Virus record (IMG/VR): IMGVR_UViG_3300050132_000502
Length of the DNA stretch: 64,000 nucleotides
Direction: 5' to 3' (one strand)
From: an uncultured virus (IMG/VR IMGVR_UViG_3300050132_000502)
Lineage: Duplodnaviria; Heunggongvirae; Uroviricota; Caudoviricetes
The position numbers and the translations under genes were made by a program. Every line of letters starts with the position of its first letter. Position 1 is the first letter of the stretch. The notes beneath the pieces were generated by a model. That model made no database searches. It saw nothing but the letters and a program-made list of their open reading frames with translations, and was not told where the DNA came from. Below, piece after piece: positions 9,260 to 18,750 of this stretch.

Positions 9260-9750
9260 CCAATCGACAGCCCAAGGGCACACCCGTTGGTGGACAGTTC
9301 GCAGAAGGACGCAAGCCCGAGGGTGCTGATCTAGCATTCGTTAATCCTGACTTCAGTGTCAGGAATGAAGGAGCGAGCGCAGTGGTCTTAACTCCCGAGC
9401 AAGAAGAGGTAGCCGCTGCCTACAAGGTCGCGGCGCTCTGGTCGACCAGTGGTGACGACGACGAGCCGTTAGACGCCGAATACGGGATCGACCAGATCAG
9501 CGAAGAATCCAGTGAGGAGATCGCCAAGGACGTCGTCGAGTTTTGGGAGCGAGCGAAGGCCGAAGGTCTCACCGAGCATTGGACACCGGGGCAGTTCGGC
9601 CACGACTTCTATCTGACGCGGGCGGGGCACGGAGCCGGATTTTGGGATCGAGGATTCGGCTACGCGGGCGGGCGTCTCACCGAGATGGCCAAGTCCTACA
9701 AGGAAAAGACCCCTATCGTCGGGGACGACGGTTCAATCTATTTCGAGTAA
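9256..9750 (+). CDS. Leader-tagged protein 9; phage-type GHDFxLTRxGHGxGFWDR domain
   Basis: Leader; GHDFYLTRAGHGAGFWDRG. Confidence 0.85.
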   Translation: MTNRQPKGTPVGGQFAEGRKPEGADLAFVNPDFSVRNEGASAVVLTPEQEEVAAAYKVAALWSTSGDDDEPLDAEYGIDQISEESSEEIAKDVVEFWERAKAEGLTEHWTPGQFGHDFYLTRAGHGAGFWDRGFGYAGGRLTEMAKSYKEKTPIVGDDGSIYFE

Positions 9751-9792
9751 TCCTCTGTCGCACCCATAGTGAAGGATGAGACGGAGGATCGT

Positions 9793-10302
9793 ATGACCAA
9801 TCGCCAACCCAAGGGAACGCCAGTGGGTGGACAGTTCGCGGAAGGTCGCAAGCCCGAGGGTGGCGACTTGGAAGTTTCAAGCACATCCGTCGAGCCTCTC
9901 AAGAAGAAAATCTCGTTCGGAAAAGTTGACGGCTACGGCAACGGTCGCAAGAGTTGCTCCGTCGATGTTCAGGTCTCCATCTCGGAGAACAACGAAGGTC
10001 AAGCACGGTTGAGCATCCAGGGCAACGTATGGAACGCAGGCCACACTGACATCATCAGTGGCGGGCAGAACGTTGACGAAATGTTGCGACTCGTCGATGA
10101 CCCCAAGATGCGCGAGATCGCCGAAGTGTGGAAACGTTGGCATCTCAACGACATGCGTGTCGGGTGTGAACACCAGCGGACGCAGCCGAAGGGCTCTGTC
10201 GAGGTTGGACAGGAATGTCCCGAATGCAGTTATCGCTACGGTTCGGCGTGGCTCTACGAGGAACTCCCACCGGAGGTCATCGAGCAAGTGAGGTCGTGGT
10301 GA
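9793..10302 (+). CDS. Leader-tagged protein 10; WxxWHLNDM/Zn-ribbon domain
   Basis: Leader; WKRWHLNDMRVGCEHQ...CPECSYRYGSAW. Confidence 0.85.
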   Translation: MTNRQPKGTPVGGQFAEGRKPEGGDLEVSSTSVEPLKKKISFGKVDGYGNGRKSCSVDVQVSISENNEGQARLSIQGNVWNAGHTDIISGGQNVDEMLRLVDDPKMREIAEVWKRWHLNDMRVGCEHQRTQPKGSVEVGQECPECSYRYGSAWLYEELPPEVIEQVRSW

Positions 10303-11102
10303 CAAATCGCCAGCCCAAGGGCACACCCGTGGGAGGTCAGTTCTCCGAAGGCCGTAAGCCCGAGGGCGACGACCTGACCAACATCGAAGTTGATGGAGTT
10401 ACGGTTGCCGGATATCGCCACGTGGACATCGACGGCAATACCGAGACTCTCAACGCGGGCAACCAGTGCATCTCGTGTGGCCGGAGCAGTGGCCTCGTCA
10501 ATCGCGTCTCGTCAGAGCGTTCGAGTGAGGACGGCATCCGTGTCGCGGGCTATATGTGCGCGGAGTGCGACGGCTGTGAGGACGGAACAACCCTTCGTTG
10601 GTGCAGCGAATGTGGGGACTTCACCGCTGGAGATGAAGAAGGCGTCTGTCACGAGTGTGGCAGTGAGCAAGACGGCTCTGTTCCCACCGATGGCGTTGAC
10701 GAAGACTCCTACCTTGCACGTTGTACCCAGTGCACGGGTGAGACGACCTTCGACTTCGAGGTGTTCGCACACCGACTGAAGGGCGACAACTTGATGACCA
10801 AAGTTGGGACGACCTACGGAGAAGTCAAGATTGGCGAATGGGTGCCAGCGGTGTTCCCCGAGACCTTGATGCAGATTTTGAGGATAGAGCACGAAGGTCC
10901 AGAGGACTACGAAGGGTGGAGTGCACAGAGCCTCGCTCAGATTCTCAAAGAGCGTGATCTCACGACGGCCAAGGTAACGGACGTGCTCGACATCTTCAAT
11001 GACGGCAGTGGTGACGTCGCGTCGGTGGCCTTCGATCCAAAACGCGGCATCAACCAAGTCATGCTGGAGATCAACGGAACGTTGGAGAGGATCACGCAAT
11101 GA
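10299..11102 (+). CDS. Leader-tagged protein 11; multiple CxxC Zn ribbons
   Basis: GTG 10299; leader; CISC, CAEC, CSEC, CHEC, CTQC. Confidence 0.85.
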   Translation: MTNRQPKGTPVGGQFSEGRKPEGDDLTNIEVDGVTVAGYRHVDIDGNTETLNAGNQCISCGRSSGLVNRVSSERSSEDGIRVAGYMCAECDGCEDGTTLRWCSECGDFTAGDEEGVCHECGSEQDGSVPTDGVDEDSYLARCTQCTGETTFDFEVFAHRLKGDNLMTKVGTTYGEVKIGEWVPAVFPETLMQILRIEHEGPEDYEGWSAQSLAQILKERDLTTAKVTDVLDIFNDGSGDVASVAFDPKRGINQVMLEINGTLERITQ

Positions 11103-11716
11103 ATCGCCAGTCAAAAGGCACACCCGTTGGTGGACAGTTCGCGCAAGACCGCAAGCCGGAGGGCGGTGACATCTTCACTGGAATAAGTCAAGACCGAGGG
11201 TTCGAGATACTTCGTGAGATGGGGGCGAATGACGATGACGTCTATCGCTTCCTCGAAGAAGTGGGAGATCGTGACCGCTACGAGCGCGAAGACGTAGAAG
11301 AGTGGTGGGCCGCTAGGTCGGGCCGTGTGGTCGAGGTCGACAGTTCTGGCACGGCATGTCTTGTCCATCCCGACGGAAGGCGCGAGTGGTCGAAGAATGG
11401 TGAGCCGGTGCCGCCGCCTATCGGGACAGAGATCAGCCCTTCTGAAGCCCGTGCTCTGCCGAGTTACACCGAAGTGATGGTGACGTTCGACACGACTCCT
11501 GATCGAGAGTTCCGACTCATGGCTCGGGACCTTCCACGCTGGACCTTCCTCGGAGTCGGTGCGGGTTCTGACCGAGAGACGCGAGACTCGCACTTGCCGA
11601 GACGATTCACCAACCTCGACACCGGCTTTGAAGTTTTCCTCGGAGGAGATGAAGGCATGAACTCGGCAGAGAGCACCGTCAACATGACCAAGATTCGAGT
11701 GAGCGGTCACGGATGA
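11099..11716 (+). CDS. Leader-tagged protein 12
   Basis: MNRQSKGTPVGGQF. Confidence 0.85.
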   Translation: MNRQSKGTPVGGQFAQDRKPEGGDIFTGISQDRGFEILREMGANDDDVYRFLEEVGDRDRYEREDVEEWWAARSGRVVEVDSSGTACLVHPDGRREWSKNGEPVPPPIGTEISPSEARALPSYTEVMVTFDTTPDREFRLMARDLPRWTFLGVGAGSDRETRDSHLPRRFTNLDTGFEVFLGGDEGMNSAESTVNMTKIRVSGHG

Positions 11717-12375
11717 CCAATCGTCAGCCCAAGGGCACACCCACCGGAGGTCAGTTTGCAGAGGGTCGCAAGCCCGAAGGTCTTGACTTATCGGCGGAAG
11801 ACCTCATTAGATCAGTAAGGGGAGACGCACTGCGAGGACTGAAAAGGATTGGCGATGGAGCCTATGGCTACAAGGGCCACACCATCACTAAGAGCGACTG
11901 GACTGGTTGGGAATGTCACACGGAGACTGGTACGGTCAGTCGTGACTCTCTTACCGAGATGAAGTACGCGCTCGACAGCATCGTCATCAAAGAGACTGAG
12001 CCACGTACAAAGATGCGCGTCACCAACAGTTCTGGCAACGAGTTTGAAGTTCGAGTGATCCGCAAAGGTGAGCGGTACGGTCGAGACGACTGTCTCGTGA
12101 ATGACGAGGGTAATAAGTTCTTCAACCCCAACGACCCAATCCTGGTGGAGTTTTGGGACGCGGAGCAAGACTCCGCTCACTTCCCCGGCGGGTGTCAATT
12201 CGTAAGTCGTTACGGGCTCAAAACGCTCACCGAGCGTTCAGGTGCTCACGCCTATGCTGGCCTGAACCTTTACGGGGGTGAGCCGAAGTGGTCAATCGAC
12301 GCCACTACCATGTCGGATGTCTACGAATGGCTAACACCAATTCTCGCCGAGACCGAACAGACGGAGAAATCGTGA
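11713..12375 (+). CDS. Leader-tagged protein 13; phage/plasmid-type GxxYG...VEFWD...QFVSRY domain
   Basis: Leader; KGERYGRDDCL..ILVEFWD..QFVSRY..GLNLYGGEPKW. Confidence 0.85.
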   Translation: MTNRQPKGTPTGGQFAEGRKPEGLDLSAEDLIRSVRGDALRGLKRIGDGAYGYKGHTITKSDWTGWECHTETGTVSRDSLTEMKYALDSIVIKETEPRTKMRVTNSSGNEFEVRVIRKGERYGRDDCLVNDEGNKFFNPNDPILVEFWDAEQDSAHFPGGCQFVSRYGLKTLTERSGAHAYAGLNLYGGEPKWSIDATTMSDVYEWLTPILAETEQTEKS

Positions 12376-13055
12376 CAAACCGACAGCCAGGTGGCTCACC
12401 AGTTGGAGGTCAATTCGCCGAAGGCCGCAAGCCCGAAGGCGGTGACCTCGGCAAGATCACCGAACTCGCTATCGACTTCGGATACGGCATCAAGGTGCCC
12501 GCACACCAGCACAAGAATCCCGATGGATCGACAGGTGGCTGGGTCGCCGACACCGCACTGGTCGATGAGACTGCGTACGTGAGCAAGGACGCTTTGGTGT
12601 TTGGTTACGCCAAGGTACTGGGTACCGCGAAGATACTCGACTCCGCCTCTATCTCTCAATCCGCCAATGTCTTCACTGGAGCCAGCGTCGGTGGCAAGGC
12701 CAAGGTTTCTGGTCACTCGGTGATCCTCTCAACCAACAGTGTCAAAGGCAATGCTGAAGTCTTTGGTACCGCCGAGATCAACGGAGCCATCGTGGAAGGT
12801 GATGCCAAGGTCTTCGGCAACAGTCGTCTGCACAGCAGTTCCTTGGTGTCGGGCAATGCTCAGATATACGACAACGCAAAGATTCGCGGGCACGTCGATG
12901 GACATGCCGACATCTGTGGCAACTCAATGATTAGTGCGGGCGCTCACGTCGGAGGGCACGTCTGTGTCTTCGGTGACGCCACGGTCTACGGCGAGTTCAT
13001 CGGCAACGAAACGTTCCACGAAGGTGTGCACGGCAGAGATGCGGCGGAAGAATAA
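12372..13055 (+). CDS. Leader-tagged protein 14; hexapeptide-repeat left-handed beta-helix
   Basis: GTG 12372; leader; AKVLGT/AKVSGH/AEVFGT/AKVFGN repeats. Confidence 0.85.
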   Translation: MTNRQPGGSPVGGQFAEGRKPEGGDLGKITELAIDFGYGIKVPAHQHKNPDGSTGGWVADTALVDETAYVSKDALVFGYAKVLGTAKILDSASISQSANVFTGASVGGKAKVSGHSVILSTNSVKGNAEVFGTAEINGAIVEGDAKVFGNSRLHSSSLVSGNAQIYDNAKIRGHVDGHADICGNSMISAGAHVGGHVCVFGDATVYGEFIGNETFHEGVHGRDAAEE

Positions 13056-13285
13056 TGAGCCAGCCACGCTCACCACAAGGAACTCCTACCGGAGGACAGT
13101 TCGCGGAAGACCGCAAGCCCGACGGCGGTGATCTCGCGACGGACGTGAAGCCACTGCCACCTGGCGCGGTTGCCGGTTGCACCATTTGCGAGAGACAAGG
13201 TGGAGGTATCGCTCCTCGTCATTTCGCCAGCAAGCGATGTGAGTCCGGCGGCTCTAACCACTGTTCCTGCGACGTCTGCTTCTAA
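13055..13285 (+). CDS. Leader-tagged protein 15; Cys/His-rich microprotein
   Basis: MSQPRSPQGTPTGGQF; CTIC..H...CESG..HCSCDVCF. Confidence 0.85.
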   Translation: MSQPRSPQGTPTGGQFAEDRKPDGGDLATDVKPLPPGAVAGCTICERQGGGIAPRHFASKRCESGGSNHCSCDVCF

Positions 13286-13295
13286 GAGGAGAAGG

Positions 13296-13667
13296 ATGAC
13301 CGACCGACAGCCGAGCGGCACACCAGTGGGAGGTCAGTTCGCCGAAGGACGCAAGCCCGAAGGCAACGACCTTTCTCAAACGCCAGAGATGATTGTGGTC
13401 ATGCCTAGTGCTGACGGTGAGCGTGCCGTGGAGTCTCCTTCGATGCGCTGTCACGACTGCGACGGAGTCATGACCATAGGCGATGATGGCATTTCAAATC
13501 ACCGCGATGACGACGGCAACATCGACTACGACACCGACCTCAACCACGTGGCGTTCACCTTGGAGGACAGCGAAGACGAGGAAGACGACGAGCCTGACGA
13601 GATGAGCGACGATTTCCCTATTTCGCTGGAATACGACACCTCCTACGAGGACGGCGATTACCAGTAG
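13296..13667 (+). CDS. Leader-tagged protein 16; Zn site plus very acidic tail
   Basis: ATG 13296 after GAGGAGAAGG; CHDC; EDSEDEEDDEPDE. Confidence 0.85.
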   Translation: MTDRQPSGTPVGGQFAEGRKPEGNDLSQTPEMIVVMPSADGERAVESPSMRCHDCDGVMTIGDDGISNHRDDDGNIDYDTDLNHVAFTLEDSEDEEDDEPDEMSDDFPISLEYDTSYEDGDYQ

Positions 13668-13705
13668 CCGTCTGCACCCATAGTGAAGGGTGAGACGGAG
13701 GACGC

Positions 13706-14533
13706 ATGACCAAACGGCAGCCAGGTGGCACACCAGTCGGCGGACAGTTCGCTGAAGACCGCAAACCTGAAGGCGGCGACCTCGCACACCGTTCAACTGC
13801 GCAGAAGATCGCCGCACGCCTCACCGTGGGGACTCGGGTTCTCTGCGTAGAGAACACCTTCATCCCTAACTCGTCAGGGGTCATCCTTGAGATTCAGAAG
13901 TCCGGCGCGAAATCGTTTGTCGGGATCGTGGTCGACCCAGCGGATCGGGAGCGTCTGAGGGCGGGATCGGCCTTCGACCTCTCTATCGGCACCGGAGCGG
14001 TACTCGACGAGGTGAACAACCAGTTCTCTAGCAACATCGTGATCAACAAAGAAGTCAAGGGACGCTCGACGTGGGAGTTCTTGCCTGACGCCACCGACGC
14101 CGAGTTTGACGACGATGCACAGCAAGACGAGTCCATCCCCGAGGAAACCAAGCAGCGATACATCGACGGCATCAAGGCTGGCTACGCCGATCTCGCGGCC
14201 ATGATTCCGAGCCTCGACGTATCGAGGTATTTGCCGAACGACAAGGGACTCAAACTCATTCACGAGTCGTCACTCACCATTACCAATGAGATGGAAATTA
14301 GCACCGGCATTGCGTGGACAGCGATCTTGAAGATGGACGGCAGAACCATCAACGTCGAGAATGACGGACGTGGTGGCTCAAACAAGTATTGGGTCGCAGA
14401 CGGTCCTCACGGCTGGCAACTGGAGGCGGCACTCAACGAGGAAGTGAAGGCGGGGTTCCCCGGTCTCGCCGACGACCAAGAGCAGATCGACGACTTCTGC
14501 TCCATTCTCGATATGGCTCACGGGAGAGAGTAG
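13706..14533 (+). CDS. Leader-tagged protein 17
   Basis: Leader; C-terminal YLPN...VENDGRGG domain. Confidence 0.85.
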   Translation: MTKRQPGGTPVGGQFAEDRKPEGGDLAHRSTAQKIAARLTVGTRVLCVENTFIPNSSGVILEIQKSGAKSFVGIVVDPADRERLRAGSAFDLSIGTGAVLDEVNNQFSSNIVINKEVKGRSTWEFLPDATDAEFDDDAQQDESIPEETKQRYIDGIKAGYADLAAMIPSLDVSRYLPNDKGLKLIHESSLTITNEMEISTGIAWTAILKMDGRTINVENDGRGGSNKYWVADGPHGWQLEAALNEEVKAGFPGLADDQEQIDDFCSILDMAHGRE

Positions 14534-14796
14534 TGACGACTCGGAATCCGAAAGGAACCCCGGTTGGCGGTCGATTCGCACAAGAGCGCAAGCCCGATGG
14601 TGTCGACTTCGTAGGAGTTGTCGAGGACACCGAGGACGAGGAATACAAAGAACGGTACTGCGGCTACTGCAAAGTCGAAGGTCACAACTTCGCGCATTGT
14701 TCGAGACGCGACATCGACGGCATCGCGATTGGCGTTGACAGCGACGACTTTCACGAAGACATGCTCACCTATAGAGATCGAGACGAGAATGACTAA
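14533..14796 (+). CDS. Leader-tagged protein 18; CCHC zinc knuckle
   Basis: GTG 14533; TRNPKGTPVGGRF; CGYCKVEGHNFAHC = CX2CX4HX4C. Confidence 0.85.
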   Translation: MTTRNPKGTPVGGRFAQERKPDGVDFVGVVEDTEDEEYKERYCGYCKVEGHNFAHCSRRDIDGIAIGVDSDDFHEDMLTYRDRDEND

Positions 14797-15583
14797 CCGT
14801 CAGCCCAAGGGCACACCCACCGGAGGACAGTTCGCAGAAGGGCGCAAGCCTGAGGGCAGTGATCTCCCGGCGATCACCCGATCCAAGGGCACGGCTGTCG
14901 GCGGCTTCGTCGTTGGTGGAGGATATCGAGGCATCACCGACGACCTTGACAGTGTGGTCGAAGCAACTGCCGAGTACATGACCACCGAGTTCAATATGCC
15001 GGTCGAGATTCGTTTCAACTCTGATCGTCGCCGTGGCGGTGCGTGGCTCAACTTCGATGGGAACACCTCAGCGGTCGGTATCAGCGCAAACCAGCACGAG
15101 ACGAAAAAAGAGGCTAAAGAAGGTCGGTACTACAAGTCGTTCGGCGACGACAAGGCTGGGGCTCAGGAATACCTCGCTAGTTGCGACGGAGAGGTACACC
15201 TCGACGTCTACGTCGTTGGAGAGTTCTTGCGCGACCCCAGTGAAGCCGAGGAGACCGCCAACGGCTCTCGTCGATTGATGACACCGATTGGTAACGTCGG
15301 CGACGCTCTTACCTTCGTGCGCGAGCACACCATCGTTGGCGACTTTGCCGAGATAGAGCGTCGTACCCTCATTCGCCTAGAGAGCATCAAAAAGCGTGAT
15401 GCCCTGAAGGAGAAGGCGAACAAAGACTACGAACTAGCGGTGGGCATCATTGTCAAGAACGGTGAACACACTCGTGAGCAAGCGATCAAAGAAATACAGC
15501 CCGCGTACGCCGCTCAGTACAGAGAGTTCGAGCAGGAACTCTTCGACGACTACTGGGCTCAAATCGCGAAAGGATCATCATGA
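14789..15583 (+). CDS. Leader-tagged protein 19
   Basis: ATG 14789; leader. Confidence 0.85.
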   Translation: MTNRQPKGTPTGGQFAEGRKPEGSDLPAITRSKGTAVGGFVVGGGYRGITDDLDSVVEATAEYMTTEFNMPVEIRFNSDRRRGGAWLNFDGNTSAVGISANQHETKKEAKEGRYYKSFGDDKAGAQEYLASCDGEVHLDVYVVGEFLRDPSEAEETANGSRRLMTPIGNVGDALTFVREHTIVGDFAEIERRTLIRLESIKKRDALKEKANKDYELAVGIIVKNGEHTREQAIKEIQPAYAAQYREFEQELFDDYWAQIAKGSS

Positions 15584-15987
15584 ACCGTGAACCCAAGGGG
15601 ACGCCGACTGGCGGACAGTTCGCACCAGGACGCAAGCCCGAAGGCGGAGACCTCCCGGTCGAGCCGATTATGACGCCGCACGGTCAACTCGTCATCAACG
15701 CCTTTCGTGCTGACAGTGGACAAGTGGTCGCCCTCATGGGTATTTTGACACCGTGCTGCAACGCCTCCGGCAAGGGGCTCTACGACGAAGATGCTGACCG
15801 TGGATACGTGGGATGTCGTCGTTGTTTCAATCCGGTCGACGACATTCACGGCTCGTGTTTCAGCGATGAAGAGTTCAAGGACGACACTCTGACGCAAGCG
15901 ATTGCCGACTATTGGTTTGATGGCGACAGTGAGAAAGTCGTGGGGCTACGCACGGTGATCGCCGAACGTATGAAGGACCCCTCGTAG
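15580..15987 (+). CDS. Leader-tagged protein 20; Cys-rich
   Basis: Leader; LTPCCNASGKG...GCRRC. Confidence 0.85.
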   Translation: MNREPKGTPTGGQFAPGRKPEGGDLPVEPIMTPHGQLVINAFRADSGQVVALMGILTPCCNASGKGLYDEDADRGYVGCRRCFNPVDDIHGSCFSDEEFKDDTLTQAIADYWFDGDSEKVVGLRTVIAERMKDPS

Positions 15988-16030
15988 TCGCACCCATAAC
16001 TAGGGGTAGAACGTTCGCAAGGAGACATCA

Positions 16031-16261
16031 ATGAGGAAGCGTCAACCCAAGGGCACTCCCGTCGGCGGACAGTTCGCTGAAGACCGCAAACCAGAAGGCG
16101 CTGACCTGTCCGAGCCGAAGTCGTATCTGCCTTCTGAATTGGAGCCGCGTCCTGACTCCAAGTTGACGAACTTCATGCTGAAGCCCCGGTCACGATCTTT
16201 TGCGTTGGACTGGGCAGACCGGCGTCGGAAGCGGGAAGAAAAGAAGACCACGAAGTCATGA
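16031..16261 (+). CDS. Leader-tagged microprotein 21, basic tail
   Basis: AAGGAG RBS; leader plus ~50 aa. Confidence 0.8.
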   Translation: MRKRQPKGTPVGGQFAEDRKPEGADLSEPKSYLPSELEPRPDSKLTNFMLKPRSRSFALDWADRRRKREEKKTTKS

Positions 16262-17082
16262 CCAATCGTCAACCCAAAGGAACGCCAGTCGGCGGGCAAT
16301 TCTCTGAAGATCGCAAGCCCGAAGGCAACGAACTATCGGAACCCTCACTCGCCAGTTGGAGACCAGTTCTTCGCAACGGAACCAGAGTGGTCGACTGGGT
16401 TCCCTCTGAACTGACCGAAGACCAATTGATGGTGCAGGTCTGGTTCCGTGGTGACGAAGATGAAGACGACGTCAGTGACGCAGTGATGGGCGGACTCAGT
16501 CCTCGCGAAATCGCCAACACCATGTTTCAGATGGGAGACGAAGCGGTCACGCCGAGGGACTTCTACGACTTCTTCGCGGACGACGACTACGTCAAGATTG
16601 CCTTTCGACCCGACGCGGACCTCCAGACAATGATTCAGAAGATCAACGAACTCGGAGATAGTGACCGTCGATTCAATTTCTCACCCCACGACGTAGATCG
16701 CTACCGTCAGATCATCAACGACGAATTCGCCACACCAGATGGAAGTCCCGTGGCCTACTTGCCGAACGAGAAGGGCGCTGAACTGCTCTCCCGTTCGTCA
16801 CTGGAAACGATGGAGGAGCACAGCACCGATGAGGGCACTTACTGGAGAGCAAAACTCAAGGTCGAGGACTTCGTGCTCAACGTTCGCAACGATGGATTAA
16901 GCGGACCGAACTCGTACGTCTTCATGGGCATTCCTGCTGCCAGTCAGACGGACATGCTCACCTCACTCAACGCCGAAGTGCTCAACGGCTTCCCCGGACT
17001 CGAACGAAGTGACGGCGGCAAAGACACTGAAGCACTCGATGTTCTCTGTACGCTTATCCAAGTGATCGAAGAGAACTCATGA
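16258..17082 (+). CDS. Leader-tagged protein 22; C-terminal domain shared with protein 17
   Basis: Leader; YLPNEKG...VRNDG..GPN...GFPGL. Confidence 0.85.
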   Translation: MTNRQPKGTPVGGQFSEDRKPEGNELSEPSLASWRPVLRNGTRVVDWVPSELTEDQLMVQVWFRGDEDEDDVSDAVMGGLSPREIANTMFQMGDEAVTPRDFYDFFADDDYVKIAFRPDADLQTMIQKINELGDSDRRFNFSPHDVDRYRQIINDEFATPDGSPVAYLPNEKGAELLSRSSLETMEEHSTDEGTYWRAKLKVEDFVLNVRNDGLSGPNSYVFMGIPAASQTDMLTSLNAEVLNGFPGLERSDGGKDTEALDVLCTLIQVIEENS

Positions 17083-17645
17083 GTCAGTCGCGAGTTCCCA
17101 AGGGCGCCCCCAAGACGGGTGGGCAGTTCGCGGCGGGCCGTAAGCCTGAAGGCGACGACCTCGTTCTTCCTCAACGTGGTCAGGCCGTAACGACCGCCTC
17201 GTGGACACAAGAGAAACTCATTGAGCGCAAGGTCTTCTTCGCCAAGCGAGTCGCCGCACAGAACAAAGAGATGGCTGGCTACGCCTATGACTGGTACGCG
17301 ATGGAGAGGGTCATGGTCGCCTACGGAGGAGTGGCTGCGGTGCCACCGATGGAACCCGAAGACAACATCTTTGAATTAGTGGACAACGGAACATTCAGTA
17401 GCGATCCCGCAATCATGAGAGAAGGAGACCCTAGCCAATGTCATGCCAACACCGCCCAGTTGTGGACCGACGGAGAGATCGACGAAATCTGTACCGGGTA
17501 CGCACTCAGCGGAGACGGCCTGTGGAGACAACACAGTTGGGGACGGAAGAACGGCAAAACGGTCGAGACGACTGAGCCACGTCTGGCGTACTACGGCTAC
17601 GTCGTTGAAGACCCGAAAGACTGGTCCGAAAAGCAACTTCGCTAG
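17079..17645 (+). CDS. Leader-tagged protein 23; putative Cys-His (papain/transglutaminase-like) enzyme
   Basis: MSQSRVPKGAPKTGGQF; SQCHAN...GYAL..DGLWRQHSW. Confidence 0.8.
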   Translation: MSQSRVPKGAPKTGGQFAAGRKPEGDDLVLPQRGQAVTTASWTQEKLIERKVFFAKRVAAQNKEMAGYAYDWYAMERVMVAYGGVAAVPPMEPEDNIFELVDNGTFSSDPAIMREGDPSQCHANTAQLWTDGEIDEICTGYALSGDGLWRQHSWGRKNGKTVETTEPRLAYYGYVVEDPKDWSEKQLR

Positions 17646-17677
17646 TCGCACCCATAGTGAAGGAGAGAAGGAGTCAC

Positions 17678-18658
17678 ATGACCAATCGCCAGCCGAAGGG
17701 CACCCCCGTAGGTGGACAGTTCGCCGAAGGACGCAAGCCCGAGGGCGGGGACCTCTATGTAGACGACGGACCTCAGTACCACATCTCAATGACTGAGGGC
17801 GACATCCTGACGGGCACCAAGGTGCTCGCGGCTGATGTCGCTACCGGAGACTCGCTCTACTTAGATCAGAACGACATCGAGACTGCGAGTGACTCTGCGT
17901 ACGACGAGGACAAAGGCGAAGTCCGACTCGAACTCACTAACGGACGGATCGTCGATGTCAATGCGGACGACGTGTTCATTGTCGAAGTTGCGCGAGCGGG
18001 CAGTGGTTCCACGTTCGACTTCGGCGACGGACCGGTAGCCGCGCACCAGCATCGCTTCGGACTCGGATGGGTTGCCGACACCGCCGATGTTGCCGACACC
18101 GTGTGGGTCGATCCCGAGGCGCAAGTCAAGGACAACGCTGTGGTGAAGGGTCATGTACGAATCTTCGATCAGGCAGTCATCAGTGGCAACGCCTGGGTAG
18201 CCGACGACGCGATGGTGTGCAACCATGCAGAAATCTCGGATGACGCCAAGGTGTTCGGTCGTGCGTCAGTGAGTGGAAACGCCAAGGTGCGTAACCGGGC
18301 TCGGGTCTTCGGCAGTGCGCGAGTTCTCGACTTCGCAGAAGTACGTGGCAACGGACTCGTCTCAGGTTTCGCACGCATCTCTTCTGAAGCGAAGGTCGCA
18401 CAGAATGCCAACGTCACGGACGACGCGCACGTCACCGGCTCTGCGATCATCAGCGGACAGGCGTGGGCGAGTGGACACTCGATCATCTCCGATAGTGCCA
18501 AGGTTCATGGCGAGGCGTGGGTGTGCAACGAGTCTCGGGTGGGCGGCATGGCAGTCGTCGCGGGCACTGTCATGGTCTGTGACAAAGCGTGGGTACACGT
18601 CAACGCCGAACTCAGCGGTAGCGAGAAGATCACTGGAGATACCGAACTCCGGGGATGA
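17678..18658 (+). CDS. Leader-tagged protein 24; SH3-like module plus hexapeptide beta-helix
   Basis: ATG 17678; AHQH..GWVADTA; repeated A.V.G.A. Confidence 0.85.
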   Translation: MTNRQPKGTPVGGQFAEGRKPEGGDLYVDDGPQYHISMTEGDILTGTKVLAADVATGDSLYLDQNDIETASDSAYDEDKGEVRLELTNGRIVDVNADDVFIVEVARAGSGSTFDFGDGPVAAHQHRFGLGWVADTADVADTVWVDPEAQVKDNAVVKGHVRIFDQAVISGNAWVADDAMVCNHAEISDDAKVFGRASVSGNAKVRNRARVFGSARVLDFAEVRGNGLVSGFARISSEAKVAQNANVTDDAHVTGSAIISGQAWASGHSIISDSAKVHGEAWVCNESRVGGMAVVAGTVMVCDKAWVHVNAELSGSEKITGDTELRG

Positions 18659-18750
18659 AATTCGTTGCACACACCGGATTTTTTGAGAAACCCCAATTGT
18701 GTAGTTTTTGCACCCATAATTAGAGATAGCAAAAAGCACGAGGAGTGAGC

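Noticed and set aside
4245..17677. Upstream extensions in the ORF track (4245, 6302, 7564, 7785, 9769, 10215, 12288, 13170, 14389, 14618, 17657)
   Set aside because: RBS position, stop/start overlaps and leader alignment place the real starts at the leader Met/Val.
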